Positions 10,174-20,525 of a DNA stretch of 55,496 bases are shown piece after piece (positions within the stretch are counted from its first letter, which is position 1; every line of letters starts with the position of its first letter). This DNA comes from an uncultured Methylococcaceae bacterium. Its GTDB lineage: Bacteria; Pseudomonadota; Gammaproteobacteria; Methylococcales; Methylomonadaceae. The position numbers and the translations under genes are program-made. Under the pieces are notes generated by a model, which saw only the letters and a list, made by a program, of their open reading frames with translations, did no database searches and had not been told where the DNA came from. The stretch spans positions 1 to 55,496 of the forward strand of contig CAIVYW010000484.1 of the NCBI GenBank assembly GCA_903910205.1, given 5' to 3'.

Positions 10174-12348
10174 ATGTCGAAAATAGACGCTGCTGTCATT
10201 GAAAATGAACTTCAAGATGAACTGATTTCGCGTTTATGTGCCGCACTATCCGTCTATTTAGACCCTGCTCAAGTAAACGATTGCATACGTGCCTATGAAT
10301 TTGGTGCAGATGCTCATCTAGGGCAGTATCGTAAAAGTGGTGAAGCCTATATTTGTCACCCTGTATCTGTCGCCATCACGCTTGCCGAGATGCGCATGGA
10401 TGCGAGTGGCATTATGGCCGCCATTTTACATGATGTCATTGAAGACACGCCCATCACTAAAAAAGATATTACCCAACTATTCAGCTTAGAAGTTGCTGAA
10501 CTGGTTGACGGCGTTACCAAGCTTACTAAAATCGACGGAAAATCTCAAAGTCGTGCTGAAACCCAGGCAGAAAATGTCCGTAAGATGTTTTTGGCGATGG
10601 GTAAAGATTTGCGTGTCATTTTAGTCAAACTAGCTGACCGCCTGCATAATATGCAAACCTTAGGCAGCATGCCTTCAGAAAAAAAATACCGAATTGCTCG
10701 TGAAACTTTAGATATTTATGCCCCGATTGCTAATCGATTAGGCATGAATAAAATCAGACATAAACTCGAAGAATTAAGTTTTGAGGCCATGTATCCCATG
10801 CGCCACAGAATATTGACTAAAGCCATAAAAAAAGCCCGTGGCAATCGTAGTAAAATCATCAACACCATTGAAAGCACTATCACTAAACGCTTAGAGCAAG
10901 CGTGCCTACCCTGTGAAGTGTCAGGGCGAGAAAAGAACATTTACAGTATTTATCAAAAAATGCTGCTTAAAAAACTATCCTTAGCCTCCGTTTTTGATGT
11001 TTATGCTTTTCGGGTTTTTTGTGACAGTGTAGATTCTTGTTATCGTGTGCTTGGTATTATTCATAACTTATATAAGCCAATCCCCGGTCGATTTAAAGAT
11101 TATATTGCCTTACCCAAAGCCAATGGCTACCAATCACTACACAGCATTGTTATCGGCCCTTATGGCGTACCTATTGAAATTCAAATTCGTACTCATGAAA
11201 TGCACCGTATGGCAGAGTCTGGCATCGCTGCTCATTGGCTTTATAAATCTGATGATGACAAATCTGAAAAATTTCAAATTCGTGCCAATGAATGGCTACG
11301 AGATTTATTAGAAATACAAAAATCAGCGGGTGATTCCCTTGAGTTTATTGATAATTTAAAAGTTGATCTATTTCCACAAGAAGTTTTTGTCTTCACCCCC
11401 AAAGGTGGAATTATTAAAATTTCTCGTGGTGCTACCCTAATCGATTTTGCCTATGCCGTACATACCGATATCGGCAATGCTTGTATTTCTGCACGCATAG
11501 ACAAGCAATTGGCACCGTTACAAACTAAATTAGAAAACGGCATGACCGTTGAAATTCTTACCGCTCCTTGGGCAAGACCTAATCCACAGTGGCTCAATTA
11601 TGTGACCACTGTAAAAGCTCGCACCAGCATCCGAAATTATCTCAAGAATTTTAAACAACAAGAAGCCATCAGTTTAGGTAGACGTTTATTAGAAAAAGAA
11701 TTAAAAACTCTGAATATATACTTAGAAAATATCGAAGCAGATCGAATTCAAGCCTTATTAAAAATTTTAGAGCTTTCAAGCATCAATGAGTTACTAGAAG
11801 ATATTGGTCTAGGCAATAAAATGCCTTTTTTAATTGCTAAACAACTCACTCAAAGTGATATCAATGCCCATATCAAACTGAATGATCATGATCCTATTCA
11901 GCAAACACCTTTAATTATTAAAGGTACAGAAGGCATGGTTATTACTCTCGCAAAATGTTGTAGACCTATACCAGGCGATCATATCATTGGTTATTTTAAT
12001 CCAGGCAAAGGTATTGTTGTCCATCACCACGAATGTCGAAATCGGGCAGTAACTCGCAAAAAACACACTAATTGGTTAGATGTAGAATGGAGTCACGAAA
12101 TAGCCGATGATTTTTCTACCGAGCTACGCATAGAAATACTTAATCAACGGGGTGCTTTAGCTACGCTAGCCTCAACCATTTCTGATCAAGCTTCAAATAT
12201 CGAAAATGTCACGGTTGTCGACCAAGACGATAGTGTTTGTGTTGATTTAATTATTCTGACCGTTAAAGATCGCGTGCATTTAGCAAAAATCATGAGGCGT
12301 TTAAAAGAATTATCTATCGTCTTAAAAATAACTCGCGTTAAAGGCTAA
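10174..12348 (+). CDS. spoT: bifunctional (p)ppGpp synthetase/hydrolase SpoT
   Basis: intact HD motif (LHDVIED), FKDYIALPKANGYQSLH, TGS and ACT domains; follows rpoZ. Confidence 0.96.
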   Translation: MSKIDAAVIENELQDELISRLCAALSVYLDPAQVNDCIRAYEFGADAHLGQYRKSGEAYICHPVSVAITLAEMRMDASGIMAAILHDVIEDTPITKKDITQLFSLEVAELVDGVTKLTKIDGKSQSRAETQAENVRKMFLAMGKDLRVILVKLADRLHNMQTLGSMPSEKKYRIARETLDIYAPIANRLGMNKIRHKLEELSFEAMYPMRHRILTKAIKKARGNRSKIINTIESTITKRLEQACLPCEVSGREKNIYSIYQKMLLKKLSLASVFDVYAFRVFCDSVDSCYRVLGIIHNLYKPIPGRFKDYIALPKANGYQSLHSIVIGPYGVPIEIQIRTHEMHRMAESGIAAHWLYKSDDDKSEKFQIRANEWLRDLLEIQKSAGDSLEFIDNLKVDLFPQEVFVFTPKGGIIKISRGATLIDFAYAVHTDIGNACISARIDKQLAPLQTKLENGMTVEILTAPWARPNPQWLNYVTTVKARTSIRNYLKNFKQQEAISLGRRLLEKELKTLNIYLENIEADRIQALLKILELSSINELLEDIGLGNKMPFLIAKQLTQSDINAHIKLNDHDPIQQTPLIIKGTEGMVITLAKCCRPIPGDHIIGYFNPGKGIVVHHHECRNRAVTRKKHTNWLDVEWSHEIADDFSTELRIEILNQRGALATLASTISDQASNIENVTVVDQDDSVCVDLIILTVKDRVHLAKIMRRLKELSIVLKITRVKG

Positions 12349-12364
12349 ACACACGCGGCACAAC

Positions 12365-13129
12365 TCACATCAAAGGCAGCAGTTCATTTAAAATACAGCC
12401 ATTAGTTGCCAAGATTTGTTTAGGAAAAACACCTACATTCCCTTGAAAATCGGTCAGCGTTGCCCCAGCTTCTTTAGCAATTAAAGCACCAGCAGCTACA
12501 TCATATAAATTAAGTTCCTGCTCCCAAAAGGCATCGACTTGCCCATCAGCCACCAAACACAAATCTACGGCTGCCGAACCAAATCGACGCTGCCCTGTGG
12601 TATTTTGAGCAATTTTAGCAAAGCGCTGTAAATTATTATCTTCCAAATAAGACCGTAAACAGGCAAATCCAGTTGCGACCATAGCCTCAGCTAAATTGTC
12701 GATAGAAGAAACATGAATAGCTAGGCCGTTTTTAGTGGCGCCCTTACCCAACTCAGCACAGTAAAAATCATTTAAGGCAGGGGCATACACGACGCCCATT
12801 ATCAATTCTTGATTAATTTCTAAAGCGACACTAATACCCCAAAAATATTGCCCTCGTGAAAATGAATGTGTGCCATCAATAGGATCAACTATCCAACGAT
12901 TAGTCTGATTAGCACTTTGTCCACTTTCTTCCCCCCAAAAACCATACTCTGGATACGTTTCAGTCAACGTCTGTTTTAAAAAAGCTTCAACGGCAACATC
13001 TGCGGCGGTAACAAAATCTCTAGGACTTTTTTTATGGACTTCAACATTCTTCAAATCATTAAAATATGTTAAAGCAATAGTTCCTGCTTCACGGACTACG
13101 TCTTCAAGCAGAGCAAGCGTAATGGACAT
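12365..13129 (-). CDS. inositol monophosphatase family protein
   Basis: WIVDPIDGT, RRFGSAA and YDVAAG motifs. Confidence 0.92.
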   Translation of the reverse strand: MSITLALLEDVVREAGTIALTYFNDLKNVEVHKKSPRDFVTAADVAVEAFLKQTLTETYPEYGFWGEESGQSANQTNRWIVDPIDGTHSFSRGQYFWGISVALEINQELIMGVVYAPALNDFYCAELGKGATKNGLAIHVSSIDNLAEAMVATGFACLRSYLEDNNLQRFAKIAQNTTGQRRFGSAAVDLCLVADGQVDAFWEQELNLYDVAAGALIAKEAGATLTDFQGNVGVFPKQILATNGCILNELLPLM

Positions 13130-13209
13130 TTAGATAACCTTGAATAAAAAACTTCATTATACGACAAGGCTCATTCAGTCGTTGAAAAGCGGCTAATATT
13201 GAAATATCT

Positions 13210-13300
13210 GGCTACCAACTTAAAGCGGGACAGTTTGAGCGCAAACGAAAGGCTCAGGGCGAAAGATTAAGCGCAACTGTGCCGTCTTAAATTGGCAATC
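13210..13300. mobile_element. degenerate MITE-like shell with a REP-like cargo remnant
   Basis: imperfect terminal IR GCTACCAACTTAA / TTAAATTGGCAATC; inner GCTCAGGG shared with the element at 25233-25354. Confidence 0.4.
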
Positions 13301-13349
13301 AAATATCTCGTAAGTATGTTATGCCGATGCATTACACGAATCTTTATTT

Positions 13350-13793
13350 CTATATTATCGGCAATCGAACCGCCATGACATCGCATAAGGCATGATGCAA
13401 CACAGCATTTGCAGTCGATCCCAACAACAAAGCCAAACCATGGCGGCCATGAGATCCTAATACGATTAAATCAGCCTGTTGTTCGTTAGCAAAAGTGACA
13501 ATCTCTTGTTTTGGAAGCCCCCAAACCAAGTACTGCTGATCAATAGCAACCCCTAAATATCGCCCTAATTGCTTTAACTTAGTCTTTTCCACTTCCAGCA
13601 GGCCATAGCCGGAATCTTGATCCAGAGCGATTACCGTACCGTAATTTGTATCTGGCATAGGAATATTATCCAAGACATGAATAATGCTTAATTTAGACTG
13701 ATATTTATACGCTAAGGACTTCGCTTTTTCTGCTACATAATCACCGTGTTCTGAAAAATCTACGGCCAGTAGAATATGCTGATATTCTTTCAT
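13350..13793 (-). CDS. universal stress protein (UspA family)
   Basis: YQHILLAVDFS and DLIVLGSHGRHG..LLGSTA; start at MKEYQH behind an AGAGG RBS. Confidence 0.93.
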   Translation of the reverse strand: MKEYQHILLAVDFSEHGDYVAEKAKSLAYKYQSKLSIIHVLDNIPMPDTNYGTVIALDQDSGYGLLEVEKTKLKQLGRYLGVAIDQQYLVWGLPKQEIVTFANEQQADLIVLGSHGRHGLALLLGSTANAVLHHALCDVMAVRLPII

Positions 13794-14155
13794 TAAGTTA
13801 CCTCTAGTTAGGAGAAAATATTTTAAGGTACTTATAGTCCCAACACCTAGTGCTATTTTATATCGGTTACTATGCAAGTCTCGAAACACGCCTCATAGAT
13901 AAGCATCCTTAAAAACAAATACCTACCTGTACAACATCATGAAATAGCTCGCTATTTCAAAAACTCGTAAAAACTCATTTAAAGCCACTATTCTAGGTAT
14001 TTTTGAAATACCTTAAGCTTAGCCATACCCAGTATAATTCATTTAATATTCAGAAGAGTTATGCTAAAGTTCACGCTGTCATGTAACACATGAAAGAGGA
14101 ATTATGTTTATGTAGTTGCAGACCCAATAAAAATAACTATAACGAGGTTTATTAT

Positions 14156-14638
14156 ATGAAATTATTAAAAAGCACAGTCGTTGCAACCACACTAGCACTT
14201 TCTTTAGGATCTTTTTCGGCCACAGCGGATGTTTGCTTAGGCATGGCCTGCATGTACAACAGAATGACTGCAGCGGAAGGCATTGACGCTACTATCGTTC
14301 AAGTCAATGAAGCAATGAAAGCAATTTCTAGCAAATCTGGCGAAGAAGCCATTATAGATAATATCAAAGAAGCATTAGCAACCAGTAAAGAAATCAATGC
14401 TAATGATAAAGTTGACCGTAACCGTAACCGTGCTAATGACTCGTTGAAGAAAGCTCGCAGCGCTGTAAAAGAGGGCGATATGACTAAAGCAACAGAATTA
14501 TTAAAAGAAGCTGAGGATCGTTTTGCAGGTCTTAAATCTATGATCGACTTAACTCAAGCTGATAGAGTTTCTCAACAAACTAACATGCTTAATCGTATTT
14601 TAGATACGCCTGATCCTTCCGCTGGAGTCCGTAAATAA
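14156..14638 (+). CDS. secreted helical protein of unknown function with an N-terminal Cys/Met cluster
   Basis: GAGG RBS; signal peptide ending SATA; mature start DVCLGMACMYNRM; Ala/Lys/Glu-rich helices with SKEINANDKVDR. Confidence 0.75.
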   Translation: MKLLKSTVVATTLALSLGSFSATADVCLGMACMYNRMTAAEGIDATIVQVNEAMKAISSKSGEEAIIDNIKEALATSKEINANDKVDRNRNRANDSLKKARSAVKEGDMTKATELLKEAEDRFAGLKSMIDLTQADRVSQQTNMLNRILDTPDPSAGVRK

Positions 14639-14667
14639 TAGTATTAAGGCGACTTAAAACCAAGAGC

Positions 14668-14698
14668 CAGAGTAAACCTAAGTAATAGGCTTACTCTG
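14668..14698 (+). terminator. hairpin downstream of the secreted-protein gene
   Basis: CAGAGTAAACCTA / TAGGCTTACTCTG stem with one mismatch. Confidence 0.45.
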
Positions 14699-14995
14699 TG
14701 CTCCTGTTGCCATTCTTAGACTATGAAAATGAACGCTCAGCATAGACCCTGCAACTTCCAAACTAACGTTACAATCAGATTAAATCATCGCTATCCGATT
14801 ATTAATAGATAACTATCTATTAATACCATCACCTCTTAAGTTAACAAAAGTCATCAGCCAATTTCATATCAACGAGTATACATAAGCTAAATATGGCATA
14901 ATGTACCGCTTTTACACTTATGCCAGTTTTCCGTTAAGTTAACGGATGATGCAAAAAAATAATGTTACCTCTACTTAAGATAATTCAAGCCCGCT

Positions 14996-15973
14996 ATGAA
15001 CCTACATGACCAAAAACTACGCGAATTAGGTTTAGCGGTTATTCGTGTGGAAGCCCAAGCCATTTCTGCGCTTGCTGAACAAATCAATGATGATTTTGTC
15101 ACTGCCTGTAAACTACTATTTGCCTGTGAGGGTAGAGTTGTTGTTATTGGCATGGGGAAATCAGGTCATATCGCTGGAAAAATAGCTGCAACCCTAGCAA
15201 GTACAGGAACACCGGCTTTTTTTGTGCATCCAGGAGAGGCCAGTCATGGTGACCTAGGTATGATTACTCGACACGATGTCGTATTAGCCTTATCTAATTC
15301 TGGTGAAACTGAAGAAATCGTCAGGATTTTACCCTTGATTAAGCGCTTAGGAGTTCCACTCATCGCAATGACGGGTAATCCTGCTTCAACCTTAGGTAGT
15401 ATTGCTACCGTTCATCTTAATGTGGCTGTTGAACAAGAGGCTTGCCCTCTAGGGCTAGCTCCCACCTCTAGCACCACTGCTGCACTAGTGATGGGCGATG
15501 CTTTGGCCGTGTCTCTGCTTGATGCTAGAGGTTTTACTCGTGACGACTTTGCTTTATCTCATCCCGGCGGTAGCTTAGGTAAACGACTCTTATTAAGAGT
15601 CAGTGATATTATGCATAGCGATGATGACATGCCCTCTGTCCCTGGCACAGCACTAATAGGAAGTGCTTTATTGGAAATGACCGAGAAAAAACTAGGCATG
15701 ACCGCTATCGTCGATGAGAACAATCGAGTCATCGGCATTTTTACTGATGGCGATTTAAGACGTACGTTGGCCAGAAATATAGATATTCAAAATACCGCTA
15801 TCAGTGTAGTCATGACAACTCAATGCGCACTTATTTCAGCCAATATTCTTGCCGCCGAAGCCATGCAAATCATGGAACAGAAAAAAATTAATGCCTTAAT
15901 TGTTGTTGATGACAAAAATATAGCCGTGGGTGCTTTAAATATGCATGATTTAATACGGGCTGGTATCGTATGA
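14996..15973 (+). CDS. kdsD: arabinose-5-phosphate isomerase (KpsF/GutQ family)
   Basis: SIS domain GMGKSGHI and HPGEASHGDLG plus a CBS pair. Confidence 0.95.
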   Translation: MNLHDQKLRELGLAVIRVEAQAISALAEQINDDFVTACKLLFACEGRVVVIGMGKSGHIAGKIAATLASTGTPAFFVHPGEASHGDLGMITRHDVVLALSNSGETEEIVRILPLIKRLGVPLIAMTGNPASTLGSIATVHLNVAVEQEACPLGLAPTSSTTAALVMGDALAVSLLDARGFTRDDFALSHPGGSLGKRLLLRVSDIMHSDDDMPSVPGTALIGSALLEMTEKKLGMTAIVDENNRVIGIFTDGDLRRTLARNIDIQNTAISVVMTTQCALISANILAAEAMQIMEQKKINALIVVDDKNIAVGALNMHDLIRAGIV

Positions 15974-16515
15974 TACTGATCAATAATGACAGTCAGTCTA
16001 TTATCGATAAAGCTAAAAAACTTAAATTATTAATACTGGATGTCGATGGCGTATTAACCGATGGCAAGCTATTCTTTGATAACGAAGGCAATGAATACAA
16101 ATCATTCCATGCGCGAGATGGACACGGCATTAAGTTATTACGTCAAACAGGCGTTGAAGTCGCTGTAATTTCAGGCCGCAAATCAAACTCAGTCGCACTA
16201 AGAATGAAAAGCTTAGGTATTGAGCATATTTATCAAGGCCATGAAGATAAACGCGCTGCTTTTAACGAACTACTCAGCAAAGTAGGTGTCACGCCAGAAC
16301 AGACGGCTCATGTGGGTGATGATTTACTTGATTTACCTATCATGACGCGAGTAGGTCTTGCTATCGCCGTTAATGATGCCAATTTCGCTGTTAAAGAGCA
16401 CGCCCATTGGTGTACGTCAGCACTAGGTGGTAATGGCGCTGTGCGCGAGGTCTGCGACTTTATTATGCAAGCACAGGGGCATTTTAATGACGTATTAAAT
16501 GCTTATCTAAAATGA
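15970..16515 (+). CDS. kdsC: KDO 8-phosphate phosphatase
   Basis: LDVDGVLTDG, GDDLLD, GGNGAVRE. Confidence 0.95.
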   Translation: MILINNDSQSIIDKAKKLKLLILDVDGVLTDGKLFFDNEGNEYKSFHARDGHGIKLLRQTGVEVAVISGRKSNSVALRMKSLGIEHIYQGHEDKRAAFNELLSKVGVTPEQTAHVGDDLLDLPIMTRVGLAIAVNDANFAVKEHAHWCTSALGGNGAVREVCDFIMQAQGHFNDVLNAYLK

Positions 16516-17084
16516 CGCTGAGAGAAAATAAATTTTATGTCTATGTCGCTATAGTTGCTTTATTAAGCTGGCTTATACTTAAAATGACAGGCATGATTGA
16601 GACATCCTTTAATCAAGCATCTGCACATAGTCCCGATTATTCCAGCAAAGGCTATACAAAATGGGAAATGAACGAGTTTGGAGCTCTTAAAAAAAAGGTG
16701 CTGGCTGATGAAATGATTCATTACAGTGATGATGGCACTACTCACATGGTAGCTCCTATCATGACCTTTATTAATGCTAATAAAATGACACCGCCCTGGG
16801 TTGTTAAATCAGAAACAGGGGTTTTATCCAGTGACGGTAAAGATTTATCACTCAACGGCAAAGTGCTTATTGATAGAATAAAAGCAGCAGGTGTTAGTCC
16901 TCTTAGAATTAATACCAGTGAATTAAAAGTAAAGCCTGAAACAAATTACGCAGAAACAGTTGAATGGGCAGAATTAATTAGCGAACTCAATATAACCACA
17001 GGCATAGGCATGAACTTAACTTTTACTGATCCTGTTCATATACAACTACTTGCTAATGTAAAAGGAAGCTATGAAAAAAAATAA
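16512..17084 (+). CDS. lptC: LPS export periplasmic protein LptC
   Basis: N-terminal TM followed by beta-rich domain; synteny kdsC-lptC-lptA-lptB. Confidence 0.85.
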   Translation: MTLRENKFYVYVAIVALLSWLILKMTGMIETSFNQASAHSPDYSSKGYTKWEMNEFGALKKKVLADEMIHYSDDGTTHMVAPIMTFINANKMTPPWVVKSETGVLSSDGKDLSLNGKVLIDRIKAAGVSPLRINTSELKVKPETNYAETVEWAELISELNITTGIGMNLTFTDPVHIQLLANVKGSYEKK

Positions 17085-17610
17085 GTTATCCCCCCTCTTT
17101 TACCACCTTGCATTAGTCATGATATTACTAAGCTGCAATGCGGTGGCTTTGGAAACAGATGCAGAACAACCTATAACCATTGATTCAAATACCGCCACTT
17201 ATGATGACCTTAGCGCGACTAGCACTTACATCGGCAATGTCGTGTCGATTCAAGGTAGTATCGTCGTGCATTCTGATAAATTGGTCGTTTATTTTGTTAA
17301 TGGCGATGCTGAAAAATTAGTATTTACTGGCAATAAAGCAAAGTTTAAACAAACGCCTAATGTCGGCGCTAAAGACATAACAGGCGAGTCATTTATAGGC
17401 CACTATTTTCCCAAGGTCAATCAACTGGTGCTCATTGATACAGCGACTGTTTGGAAAGATGACGGTATTTATGCCAGTGATTTGATTGAATATAACACTA
17501 AAACATCCTTAGTTAATGCCGGTGAAAAATCAAATGACACTAAGCGAGTACATGTCATTTTAAAACCGAAAACCAAAGAACAGCCCATCAAAAATAGCGC
17601 GAATCCATGA
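17071..17610 (+). CDS. lptA: LPS transport periplasmic protein LptA
   Basis: signal peptide, DAEQPITIDS, GNVVSIQG; synteny. Confidence 0.88.
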   Translation: MKKNKLSPLFYHLALVMILLSCNAVALETDAEQPITIDSNTATYDDLSATSTYIGNVVSIQGSIVVHSDKLVVYFVNGDAEKLVFTGNKAKFKQTPNVGAKDITGESFIGHYFPKVNQLVLIDTATVWKDDGIYASDLIEYNTKTSLVNAGEKSNDTKRVHVILKPKTKEQPIKNSANP

Positions 17611-17699
17611 TAGGCAACAAAACCCGATCTAGTCAGCGTAAACAACTTGATATAAAGCATCTTCTATTATTTGTTTTTCTTTAGCTTTTTAGTATATAA

Positions 17700-18425
17700 A
17701 TGACGATTTTAACAGCGCATCAACTCATTAAAACCTACAACAAACGAAATGTGGTTAATGGCGTATCATTACACGTTAGTACGGGTGAAGTTGTTGGTTT
17801 ATTAGGCCCTAATGGCGCAGGGAAAACCACTAGCTTTTATATGATGGTGGGGTTAATTAAAGCCGATCACGGACATATCTCTTTAGATGACAAAGATATC
17901 ACCCATTATCCCATGCATTTAAGAGCAATACATGGCATTGGTTATTTACCTCAAGAACCTTCAGTGTTTCGCAAACTAAGCGTGAGAGATAACTTACGTG
18001 CGGTCTTACAAATTCGTTCTGATTTATCATTAGATCAACAAGAACAAATCATTGAAGATTTATTGCAAGAGTTTCATATTGGTCATTTACGCAATCAAAT
18101 AGCGCTAAGTTTGTCGGGTGGAGAACGACGACGAGTAGAAATAGCGAGAGCATTAGCATCTAACCCAAAATTTATTTTGCTCGATGAGCCTTTTGCCGGT
18201 GTTGATCCTATTTCGGTTGACGATATAAAAAAAATTATCGAACATCTAAAAGAGCGAGGTATAGGCATATTGATTACTGAACATAATGTGAGAGAAACAT
18301 TAAGTATCTGTGATCGTGCCTATATACTTAGCGATGGAAAAGTCATTGCAGAAGGCGGCGCTAATGATATTGTTGCTAATGAGGAAGTTCGTAAAGTCTA
18401 TTTAGGTAATAACTTTAGCCTTTAA
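17700..18425 (+). CDS. lptB: LPS export ABC ATPase LptB
   Basis: [31 protein letters not shown]. Confidence 0.97.
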   Translation: MTILTAHQLIKTYNKRNVVNGVSLHVSTGEVVGLLGPNGAGKTTSFYMMVGLIKADHGHISLDDKDITHYPMHLRAIHGIGYLPQEPSVFRKLSVRDNLRAVLQIRSDLSLDQQEQIIEDLLQEFHIGHLRNQIALSLSGGERRRVEIARALASNPKFILLDEPFAGVDPISVDDIKKIIEHLKERGIGILITEHNVRETLSICDRAYILSDGKVIAEGGANDIVANEEVRKVYLGNNFSL

Positions 18426-18481
18426 TTATTTTGATGATAAAGATGCTTCAGCAACCTCATATCGGCACGGAGAGTTTCACA

Positions 18482-18610
18482 GTCATTCTGATACACACAC
18501 TCTCAAGGCAGGTTATTCGGGCATGGACTGCCAGAATCTAGGCTACATGGATGTCCTATTTACAAGCCTTGTTGGCATCTGGGTTTTGATAATCCATGCC
18601 AAAACGGCGT
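18482..18610. repeat. decayed copy of the CGTC-type REP doublet/MITE seen at 38936-39158
   Basis: GGCATGGACTGCCAGAATCTAG ... AATCCATGCC resembles the arms of the intact element. Confidence 0.4.
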
Positions 18611-18677
18611 TTATTTTAAATGAGCTAAAGCAACTGGCTAATCAGGTAAAGTATTACCACTACTACTATGTGACCGA

Positions 18678-20129
18678 ATGAAACAATCATTACATCTTCG
18701 GCTAGGCCAACAATTAACAATGACGCCTCAATTACAGCAGGCGATCAAATTGTTACAAATGTCAACATTAGATTTGCAACAAGAAATACAACAAGTTCTT
18801 GATTCTAATATCATGCTGGAGATCAATGAAGAAGAAAGCATTTCTCCTGATACTGATACCTTAAACATACCTGAAAGTAACATTGAGCATTCTGAATCGT
18901 ATACTAGCGAAGGTTCACAGACAACTATACCTGATGAATTACCTATAGATTCTTCATGGGAGGATATTTATGAGACTGTTTTGGTTCCAGGTATCAGCAA
19001 TCCTGAAACCGTTGAATTTGAATCACAGCGTAGTCATGAAGCGACACTACTAGATCATCTTTTATGGCAACTTGAATTAACTACTTTTTCAGAGCGAGAT
19101 CACGCGATTGCCATAGCCATTATCGACTCCGTTAATGATGAAGGTTATCTTGGCAATACACCCGAAGATATTTACCAAGGCTTACAAAACCAGATTGAAG
19201 ACCTAGACTTTGATGAGATTATTGCGGTACTTCATAGGGTGCAGCACTTTGATCCACCAGGTATAGCGGCCATTGATTTAAGTGACTGCTTAAAACTACA
19301 GTTACTACAATTACCAGAATCCACTCCTTATCGAGAACAAGCTTTACTTGTGGTGACGCGCTACTTAAAGTTGTTAGCGACTCATGAGCAAGCAAAACTA
19401 TTACGTAAATTAGGCGTAACAGAGCGGCAATTGGATGATATAGTTTCTCTCATAAGAACCCTAGATCCAAAGCCGGGTGAGCAAATTCAAGGCTCAAGCT
19501 CTGAATATGTTATCCCCGATGTGTATGTTACTAAACAGAATGAGGTCTGGCAGGTAAACTTAAATCAGGATATTGCTCCAAAATTACGAATTAATCCCTT
19601 CTATTCCTCTTTAATTAAGCGAGCCGACAATAGTAAAGATAATGTTTGTATGAAGGATCATTTACAAGAAGCTAAATGGTTTATTAAAAATCTTCACAAC
19701 CGAAACGATACACTATTACGTGTTGCCCGCTGTATTATTGAAAAGCAAACAGGCTTTTTAGAACATGGCTCTATTGCTATGAAGCCCATGGTATTAAGAG
19801 ATATTGCAGAGGTACTTGAATTACATGAGTCAACAATATCCAGAGTAACTACACAAAAATTTATGCACACCCCTAACGGTATTGTTGAATTTAAATATTT
19901 CTTTTCTAGTCATGTCTCAAGGGAAGGCGGCGGCGAGTGTTCCTCTACTGCCATTAGAGCTTTTATTAAAGAATTAATCTATACTGAAGATCAAGCCCAG
20001 CCGTTAAGTGATAGTAAAATTGCTGATTTTTTACAAAAAAAGGGCATCAATGTTGCAAGAAGAACCATTGCAAAGTATCGTGAAGCCATGTTTATTCCAC
20101 CCTCAAGTCAGCGCAAGCGTCTTTTTTAG
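18678..20129 (+). CDS. rpoN: RNA polymerase sigma-54 factor
   Basis: MTPQLQQAIKLLQ, HESTISR and RpoN box ARRTIAKYR. Confidence 0.98.
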   Translation: MKQSLHLRLGQQLTMTPQLQQAIKLLQMSTLDLQQEIQQVLDSNIMLEINEEESISPDTDTLNIPESNIEHSESYTSEGSQTTIPDELPIDSSWEDIYETVLVPGISNPETVEFESQRSHEATLLDHLLWQLELTTFSERDHAIAIAIIDSVNDEGYLGNTPEDIYQGLQNQIEDLDFDEIIAVLHRVQHFDPPGIAAIDLSDCLKLQLLQLPESTPYREQALLVVTRYLKLLATHEQAKLLRKLGVTERQLDDIVSLIRTLDPKPGEQIQGSSSEYVIPDVYVTKQNEVWQVNLNQDIAPKLRINPFYSSLIKRADNSKDNVCMKDHLQEAKWFIKNLHNRNDTLLRVARCIIEKQTGFLEHGSIAMKPMVLRDIAEVLELHESTISRVTTQKFMHTPNGIVEFKYFFSSHVSREGGGECSSTAIRAFIKELIYTEDQAQPLSDSKIADFLQKKGINVARRTIAKYREAMFIPPSSQRKRLF

Positions 20130-20175
20130 CGCCAATTGAAATTCCAACCAACCATTAAAGAAAGGAGATTATTCC

Positions 20176-20466
20176 ATGCAACTTATAGTAACCGGTCATC
20201 ATCTTGAAGTAACCGAAGCATTAAAAGCACATATTGATGCGAAATTTGAAAAATTAGCACGTCATTTTGACAATGTGGCTGATGTACACGTTATTTTAAG
20301 CGTAGAAAAATTAATTCAAAAAGCAGAAGCTACGTTGCAAGTGAGCGGTGCAAATTTTTTTGCTGAAGATCATCAAGAAGATATGTATGCCGCTATTGAT
20401 GAGATGGTCGATAAATTAGATCGTCAAATCACTAAGCATAAAGAAAAAACCAGTAGCCATAGATAA
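20176..20466 (+). CDS. hpf: ribosome hibernation promoting factor
   Basis: GHHLEVTEAL...DMYAAID..VDKLDRQ; follows rpoN. Confidence 0.94.
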   Translation: MQLIVTGHHLEVTEALKAHIDAKFEKLARHFDNVADVHVILSVEKLIQKAEATLQVSGANFFAEDHQEDMYAAIDEMVDKLDRQITKHKEKTSSHR

Positions 20467-20476
20467 CTAGGTATAG

Positions 20477-20516
20477 GGCGAAAGACAAAAGCGAACTGCT
20501 TTTTGTATCTTTCGCC
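20477..20516 (+). terminator. long hairpin between hpf and rapZ
   Basis: GGCGAAAGA-CAAAAGC / GCTTTTTG-TA-TCTTTCGCC followed by TACTCTTTT. Confidence 0.55.
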
Positions 20517-20525
20517 TACTCTTTT

